Below are positions 58,960 to 64,000 of a DNA stretch of 64,000 nucleotides, piece by piece. The stretch comes from Candidatus Moranbacteria bacterium RIFOXYB1_FULL_43_19 (GTDB taxonomy: Bacteria > Patescibacteriota > Minisyncoccia > Moranbacterales > UBA11712). The position numbers and the translations under genes were made by a program. How positions within the stretch are numbered: position 1 is the first letter of the stretch; every line of letters starts with the position of its first letter. The DNA is taken from the NCBI GenBank assembly GCA_001784875.1, contig MFSH01000023.1, positions 33,969 to 97,968 on the forward strand, given 5' to 3'. The notes under the pieces are model-generated. The model saw only the letters and a program-made list of their open reading frames with translations, was not told where the DNA came from and made no database searches.

Positions 58960-59703
58960 ATGATTTCTATTCGCCGTCCTCGGATAGAACAATTCAGAAA
59001 TCTTTTTTTGCTTGTTTTTCTTGTTCTGGTTGTGACAATCATATCCACGCCTCTTCTCGTGAAAAGAGGCTTTTCTTTTTTTGAGGAAGAAACTTGGGAG
59101 GCGATTTTGCTTCTGGCTCAAGTCTCTCTTGCCTGGAACATCTTCCGGCTTTATGAAAAAGCGGTTGCGACAAGAGAGGAAGAAATAAAAAAGCTCGAAG
59201 GTGAATACCAGAAAAGAGAGAAAGAGCTTCTGGAAGCTTTCACCTATTTAGGGAAAATAAATGTCCAGATATCTCTCATCAAGGATTTCATGAAGAAAAT
59301 AAAAACTCCGAAGGATCGAGGCGAAATGAAGAAGTATCTGGACGACATTTTGCATATGGCAATCACTATCAGTCGGAAGGATTGGATGACCGTAAGGATA
59401 ATAAACACGGAAAACATGCAGACGGTTGCCGAGCACCGGGCAAATTCTTCGAAATCGAAAGAAAATAATTTCAAAATAGGCAATCGGGAAATGATGGAAA
59501 TGGCCCGAAACAAAGATCTTTGCAGCAAGCGGAATCTCTGCGTTTTGCCATCTGCTGGGTCAAAGCCCTACGAAGAAAAAGCTTTTCTTGTTTTCGAGGA
59601 AAAAAAGACGGTTGATCGGGAAATCCTTGATTTTTTGAAGGCGGCTGTCAACCAGTGCGAAGTAATCCATACTCTTTACGTGTTGGGGCATGGAAAAAAA
59701 TAG
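58960..59703 (+). CDS. hypothetical membrane protein with coiled-coil segment
   Basis: Start taken at MISIRRP; 2 TM helices then EEEIKKLEGEYQKREKELLEAF coiled coil. Confidence 0.4.
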   Translation: MISIRRPRIEQFRNLFLLVFLVLVVTIISTPLLVKRGFSFFEEETWEAILLLAQVSLAWNIFRLYEKAVATREEEIKKLEGEYQKREKELLEAFTYLGKINVQISLIKDFMKKIKTPKDRGEMKKYLDDILHMAITISRKDWMTVRIINTENMQTVAEHRANSSKSKENNFKIGNREMMEMARNKDLCSKRNLCVLPSAGSKPYEEKAFLVFEEKKTVDREILDFLKAAVNQCEVIHTLYVLGHGKK

Positions 59704-59842
59704 TCCGGAGATTTTGAAGCGCGTATTTTTACCGGCGCTGGTTCGCTGGTTTTTTTTGTGTTATTCTTGACTAAGAAAATATTTTCTGTTATTTTGTATT
59801 ATCTCAGAATTACGCATAAAAATAATTAATATTCAAAAATAT

Positions 59843-61246
59843 ATGAGCGCAAAAAAAGAAAATCTCATGGAAAAAATTGTATCACTTTCGAAACGGAGGG
59901 GGATTATTTTTCCGGGCTCTGAAATATACGGCGGCCTTGCCAACACCTGGGACTACGGTCCGGTCGGAGTGGAGCTCAAAAACAACGTCAAAAAAATATG
60001 GTGGAAATATTTTGTCCAGGAGCGTGAAGACATCGTGGGTCTTGATGCGGCTATTCTCATGAATCCAAAGACCTGGGAAGCGTCGGGCCATGTAGCTGGA
60101 TTTTCCGACCCATTGGTAGACTGCAAAAAATGCAAAACTCGCCATCGGGGAGACAAACTGCTCGAAGAAAAATTCGGTGTGGACAAGATAGCCGGCATCA
60201 AACTCGAAGACGTGCAGCCCCGGCTCATAAAAGAAAAAATCAAATGTCCTGATTGCGGCGCAGTGGATTGGACGGAAGCCAAGCGGTTCAACCTCATGTT
60301 CAAGACTCACCAGGGCGTGACGGAAGACTCGGGCTCTCTTGTCTATCTTCGACCGGAAACGGCTCAGGGGATTTTCGTCAATTTCAAAAATGTTCTCGAC
60401 ACAACTCACATGAAGCTTCCATTCGGAATCGCCCAGATTGGGAAAGCCTTCCGGAACGAAATCACTCCCGGAAATTTCACTTTCCGGACCCGCGAATTCG
60501 AGCAGATGGAAATTGAATATTTCGTCGCCGAAAAAGACTGGAAGAAAAAATACGAGGAATTTAAAGAAGCCTGCTGGAAGTTTTTCACCGGGTATGGATT
60601 GAATCCCAAGAAACTTCGCTGGCGGCAGCACGCGTCGGATGAGCTTTCCCATTATTCAAAAGAAACATACGATATCGAATATCAGTTTCCGTGGGGCTGG
60701 GGAGAACTTGAAGGTTTTGCCTACCGCACCGATTTTGATTTGGCCCAGCACGAAAAATTTTCCGGCCAGAAACTGCGATATCGCGAACCGGAAACAGGAA
60801 AGGAATTTGTTCCCCATTGCATTGAGCCTTCTTTCGGGCTTGACCGGACGGCTCTCACTTTTCTTCTCGACGCCTATACCGAGGAAGAAGTAAGAGGCGC
60901 GAGCGGAGAAAAAGAAACGCGGGTAGTTTTGAAATTCCACAAAGATATTGCGCCGATCAAGGTAGCTATTTTGCCGCTTTCCAAAAAGGAGGAACTGACG
61001 AAACCGGCCCGCGATATTTTCAATTCTTTGAAATCCCACTGGATGGTTCAATATGACGAAACCCAATCGATCGGAAAAAGATACCGCCGGCAGGACGAAA
61101 TCGGAACGCCCTTTTGCGTGACGGTGGATTTTGAGACCCTCGATGACAAAGCGGTCACCGTGCGCGACCGGGACACGATGAAGCAGGAGAGGGTATCTGT
61201 CGATAAGTTAAATAAATATCTAAAAGATAAATTAGAAGCGTGCTGA
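59843..61246 (+). CDS. glyQS: glycine--tRNA ligase (alpha2 dimeric type)
   Basis: RRGIIFPGSEIYGGLANTWDYGPVGVELK N-terminus, class II motifs, C-terminal anticodon-binding domain. Confidence 0.9.
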   Translation: MSAKKENLMEKIVSLSKRRGIIFPGSEIYGGLANTWDYGPVGVELKNNVKKIWWKYFVQEREDIVGLDAAILMNPKTWEASGHVAGFSDPLVDCKKCKTRHRGDKLLEEKFGVDKIAGIKLEDVQPRLIKEKIKCPDCGAVDWTEAKRFNLMFKTHQGVTEDSGSLVYLRPETAQGIFVNFKNVLDTTHMKLPFGIAQIGKAFRNEITPGNFTFRTREFEQMEIEYFVAEKDWKKKYEEFKEACWKFFTGYGLNPKKLRWRQHASDELSHYSKETYDIEYQFPWGWGELEGFAYRTDFDLAQHEKFSGQKLRYREPETGKEFVPHCIEPSFGLDRTALTFLLDAYTEEEVRGASGEKETRVVLKFHKDIAPIKVAILPLSKKEELTKPARDIFNSLKSHWMVQYDETQSIGKRYRRQDEIGTPFCVTVDFETLDDKAVTVRDRDTMKQERVSVDKLNKYLKDKLEAC

Positions 61247-61386
61247 TATTTTTTTGGTCTCGTCTAAATTTCCAATTTCCAAATCCCAATTTCCAAATAA
61301 ATTCCAAATTTTTGGTTTGATATGTTTTGTTTCTTTTAAAATCATCGAGCGTTTTTAGGGAATGAAATAAGAAAGAGGAGGTTATT

Positions 61387-61815
61387 ATGCTGGAAGTGGA
61401 GGAAATTAAGCTAGATTCAAACTCGCTAATTCTTTGTTTGTCCGGCGGCAGGAAGGTGTTACTGGAGATAACTGAAAATTCCAGGAAAATCCGGGAGGGC
61501 GATAAAGTGTTCATGTGGCCCAACTGGCGAATGGGATTTGATTCCGAAAAAGAAGTGCAAATCTTCATCAGTAGGGGAGAAATCCGTGTTTTTGAAGGGG
61601 AAATCGACTGGAAGATGCGGAGATGCGTCCACGAGGACGGGTTCGCCCATTGCTGCTTTTGCCGGGGCCCGATTTACGCGTCTCCTCCGCATTCAAATCC
61701 CACGGTAGTTATCGAAGAGGGCAGTGGGGAAATCATCCTACATATCATGTGTGGAGATTGCTTCTGCAGGCAGACCAGCGGCGAGAGGCTCCCGGACCGA
61801 ATCTGCAAGCTTTAA
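61387..61815 (+). CDS. hypothetical Cys/His-rich protein (C-x-H..HCCFC..CGDCFC)
   Basis: 142-aa ORF; possible Zn-binding; no family recognised. Confidence 0.45.
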   Translation: MLEVEEIKLDSNSLILCLSGGRKVLLEITENSRKIREGDKVFMWPNWRMGFDSEKEVQIFISRGEIRVFEGEIDWKMRRCVHEDGFAHCCFCRGPIYASPPHSNPTVVIEEGSGEIILHIMCGDCFCRQTSGERLPDRICKL

Positions 61816-61865
61816 GTCTTTCGGGGAACTACGGTTCCCCATCCCTAAAAGTGCTTGAAAAGTTC

Positions 61866-61925
61866 ACTACAATTAGTTGTAGTTAAAAATAAGAAATAAT
61901 TTTTATTACTATATATAGTAGTAAA
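61866..61925. repeat. pair of palindromes (CACTACAATTAGTTGTAGT and TTACTATATATAGTAGTAA) upstream of pepA
   Basis: Cores CTACAA(C/T)TAGTTG(C/T)AG and ACTATATATAGT shared with 8643..8730. Confidence 0.55.
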
Positions 61926-61950
61926 AAAATTCATACTAAGATAATTTCCA

Positions 61951-63351
61951 ATGAAAATAGAAGTTGCCGAAAAAAAAGAAGCTGGGAAAGATTTTGTGAA
62001 AATTGCCTTCGGTCCGAAAATTGCCGAAAGCCGTTTTGTTGTTGGGAAAAATGAAGAAAAAACGCTGATTATCAAGTCGCCAGAGAAAAAGGATATTAAT
62101 CGCCGAAAGTTCATTTTGCTTTGCCGCCAGATCATTCAGGAAGCGAAAAAACACCAGATGAAAAAAATCGTAATTGATTTTTCGGATCTCAATTTCAAAT
62201 CAGCCAGTAAAAACCTGGAAGAAATTGCCGAAATCATGGCGGAAAATTTTGAAATGGCAAATTATGAATTCGTGAAATACAAGACCAGGCCTAAAGAGGG
62301 CTGGAATTTTTTGGAAGAAGTGAAAATTATCGCTGAAAAGAAAGACGTGAAAAATATCGAAAAAGGAATTCTCAAAGGTCAAATTATTGGGAAAGAAACA
62401 AATGCTTGCCGGGAAATTTCCAATATGCCGGGCGGGGACATGACGCCGCAGATTTTGGCCCAGGAAATAAAGAAAGCGATTTCCGGCACGCCGATAAAAA
62501 TGAAAGTTCTCGAAGAGGCAGAAATGGAAAAACTGGGAATGGGCGGGATTTTGGGAGTTTCGCGCGGGTCGGCGGAAAAGCCGAAATTCATCGTTCTCGA
62601 ATATATGATGTCACAGAAAGAAAAACCAATTGTGTTCATTGGAAAAGGGATTACCTTCGACACGGGCGGACTTAACGTCAAGCCGGAAAATTATATGAGT
62701 GACATGCATCTGGACATGACCGGCGGGGCGGCGGTAGCCCATGCAATGATCGCGGCAGCGAAGCTGGGGATAAAGAAAAAAATCGTCGGCTTCATTCCAG
62801 CGGTGGAAAACATGCCATCGGGGCAAAGCTACCGCCCAGGGGATATCCTAAAGACTGTCTCTGGAAAAACAATCGAAGTGGCTAACACTGACGCGGAAGG
62901 CAGAATAACTCTGGCGGACGCGCACGGTTACGCGGAAAGATACGAGCCGCGGCTGGTTGTCAATATCGCGACTCTCACCGGAGCGGCTGGCGTAGCCCTT
63001 GGAGAAAGAGCTTCGGCTTTGTTTTCAAAAAACAAAAAATTGGGTGACAAGATTTTTGAACTGGCTGAAGAATCGGGAGATCCAGTCTGGCCGATGCCTC
63101 TTTGGGAAGAATATAAAAATGATATCAAAGGAAATTTTGGCGATGTAGCCAATCTTCGTTCGGCAGGGGATCCGAGATACGGTGGCGCAATTCACGCGGC
63201 GATGTTTCTTTTGGAATTCGCGGAAAAATTTTCCCAGTGGGCTCATCTCGATATTGGCTCCCGCGACATAGTGAATCCGGACGAACTTCTCTCAAAAGGC
63301 GCGTCGGGAGTGGGAGTGAGGCTGTTGGTGAAGATTTTGGAGAGGATATAG
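61951..63351 (+). CDS. pepA: leucyl aminopeptidase (M17)
   Basis: NTDAEGRITLADA M17 signature, GKGITFDTGG, metal ligands. Confidence 0.88.
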   Translation: MKIEVAEKKEAGKDFVKIAFGPKIAESRFVVGKNEEKTLIIKSPEKKDINRRKFILLCRQIIQEAKKHQMKKIVIDFSDLNFKSASKNLEEIAEIMAENFEMANYEFVKYKTRPKEGWNFLEEVKIIAEKKDVKNIEKGILKGQIIGKETNACREISNMPGGDMTPQILAQEIKKAISGTPIKMKVLEEAEMEKLGMGGILGVSRGSAEKPKFIVLEYMMSQKEKPIVFIGKGITFDTGGLNVKPENYMSDMHLDMTGGAAVAHAMIAAAKLGIKKKIVGFIPAVENMPSGQSYRPGDILKTVSGKTIEVANTDAEGRITLADAHGYAERYEPRLVVNIATLTGAAGVALGERASALFSKNKKLGDKIFELAEESGDPVWPMPLWEEYKNDIKGNFGDVANLRSAGDPRYGGAIHAAMFLLEFAEKFSQWAHLDIGSRDIVNPDELLSKGASGVGVRLLVKILERI

Positions 63352-63497
63352 TTGTTTCGCCGAACAACTCGCGAAAAATATAATTTCTCGAGTAGGCTAC
63401 CGCTCTCCGGGCGGCTCACGCGATACTCTCAAAATTATATTTTCGCTCGTCTTTTGAATTCGTATATTCGTATTTGATTCGTAATTCGTAGAGATAT

Positions 63498-64000
63498 CAT
63501 GCATTTCAAAAAAACAATTCTCAAAAACGGGCTTCGGGTGGTGACGGCACCAATGAAAGATACCCAAACGGTGACGGTGATTGTTTCGGCTGGGGTTGGC
63601 TCGAAATATGAAACTAAAAACATAAACGGAATTTCCCATTTTCTCGAACACCTGTTTTTCAAGGGGACGAAAAAGCGGCCCAAGACAAAAGACATATCTT
63701 CAGCGCTCGACGCGGTCGGCGGAGAATACAACGCTTTTACCGGGAAGGAGCAAACCGCCTATTTCGCCAAAGTGGATGCCAGGCATTTTGATTTGGCGCT
63801 CGATGTGATTTCGGACATTTATCTCAATTCAAAATTTGAAGAAAAGGAGATAGAAAAAGAGAGGGGTGTGATTCTCCAGGAGATCAACATGTATGAAGAT
63901 ACTCCCGTTATTCAGGTCGGAGATGTTTTCGAAGAGCTTCTTTATGGCGACCAGCCGGCCGGATGGGAAATCATCGGAACAAAAGAAAACATCAAAAATT
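63498..64000 (+). CDS. M16 family (pitrilysin-like) zinc peptidase, 5' partial (runs off window)
   Basis: MHFKKTILKNGLRVV..GISHFLEHLFFKGT (HxxEH inverted zincin motif); ORF open to window end. Confidence 0.7.

Noticed and set aside
1-64000. Possible alternative genetic code (UGA recoding, as in some CPR lineages)
   Set aside because: Long housekeeping ORFs (ileS, copA, HK, typA) are intact under the standard code with no in-frame TGA clusters.

Overview
This 64 kb window is AT-rich and gene-dense, and uses the standard genetic code (long ORFs are intact, so there is no sign of UGA recoding). Housekeeping genes of a small-genome bacterium, possibly CPR/Patescibacteria-like, are interspersed with lineage-specific secreted and hypothetical proteins. 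Recognisable core genes: lgt, purD, pyrH, pyrE, pyrF, msrA/msrB, murJ, typA/bipA, cspA, ileS, recO, tgt, a U32-family enzyme, glyQS, pepA, ppiB, an ECF sigma factor, a group-3 sigma factor, and an OmpR-type response regulator convergent with a ~1000-aa multi-PAS histidine kinase. Accessory content: (1) a copper module with copA, a CcdA/DsbD-like membrane protein fused to a cupredoxin domain, and two further standalone cupredoxins; (2) a tRNA-Asn(GUU) gene split by a ~217-nt group I intron in the anticodon loop, with GIY-YIG genes on either side; (3) a three-member paralogous family of membrane-anchored proteins that share a conserved 4-Cys/His C-terminal motif; (4) a Cys-rich module present both fused to a GltB-like FMN protein and as a standalone ORF nearby; (5) two C39-like peptidase paralogs flanking murJ; (6) a split ORF that a -1 slip on an A7 run would fuse; (7) a short palindromic element present as an intergenic hairpin and twice in-frame inside ileS; (8) two 31-nt direct repeats with a CRISPR-like period and no cas genes. 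No rRNA and no bona fide CRISPR-Cas locus was seen. All functional calls come from motif recognition by eye, without database searches.
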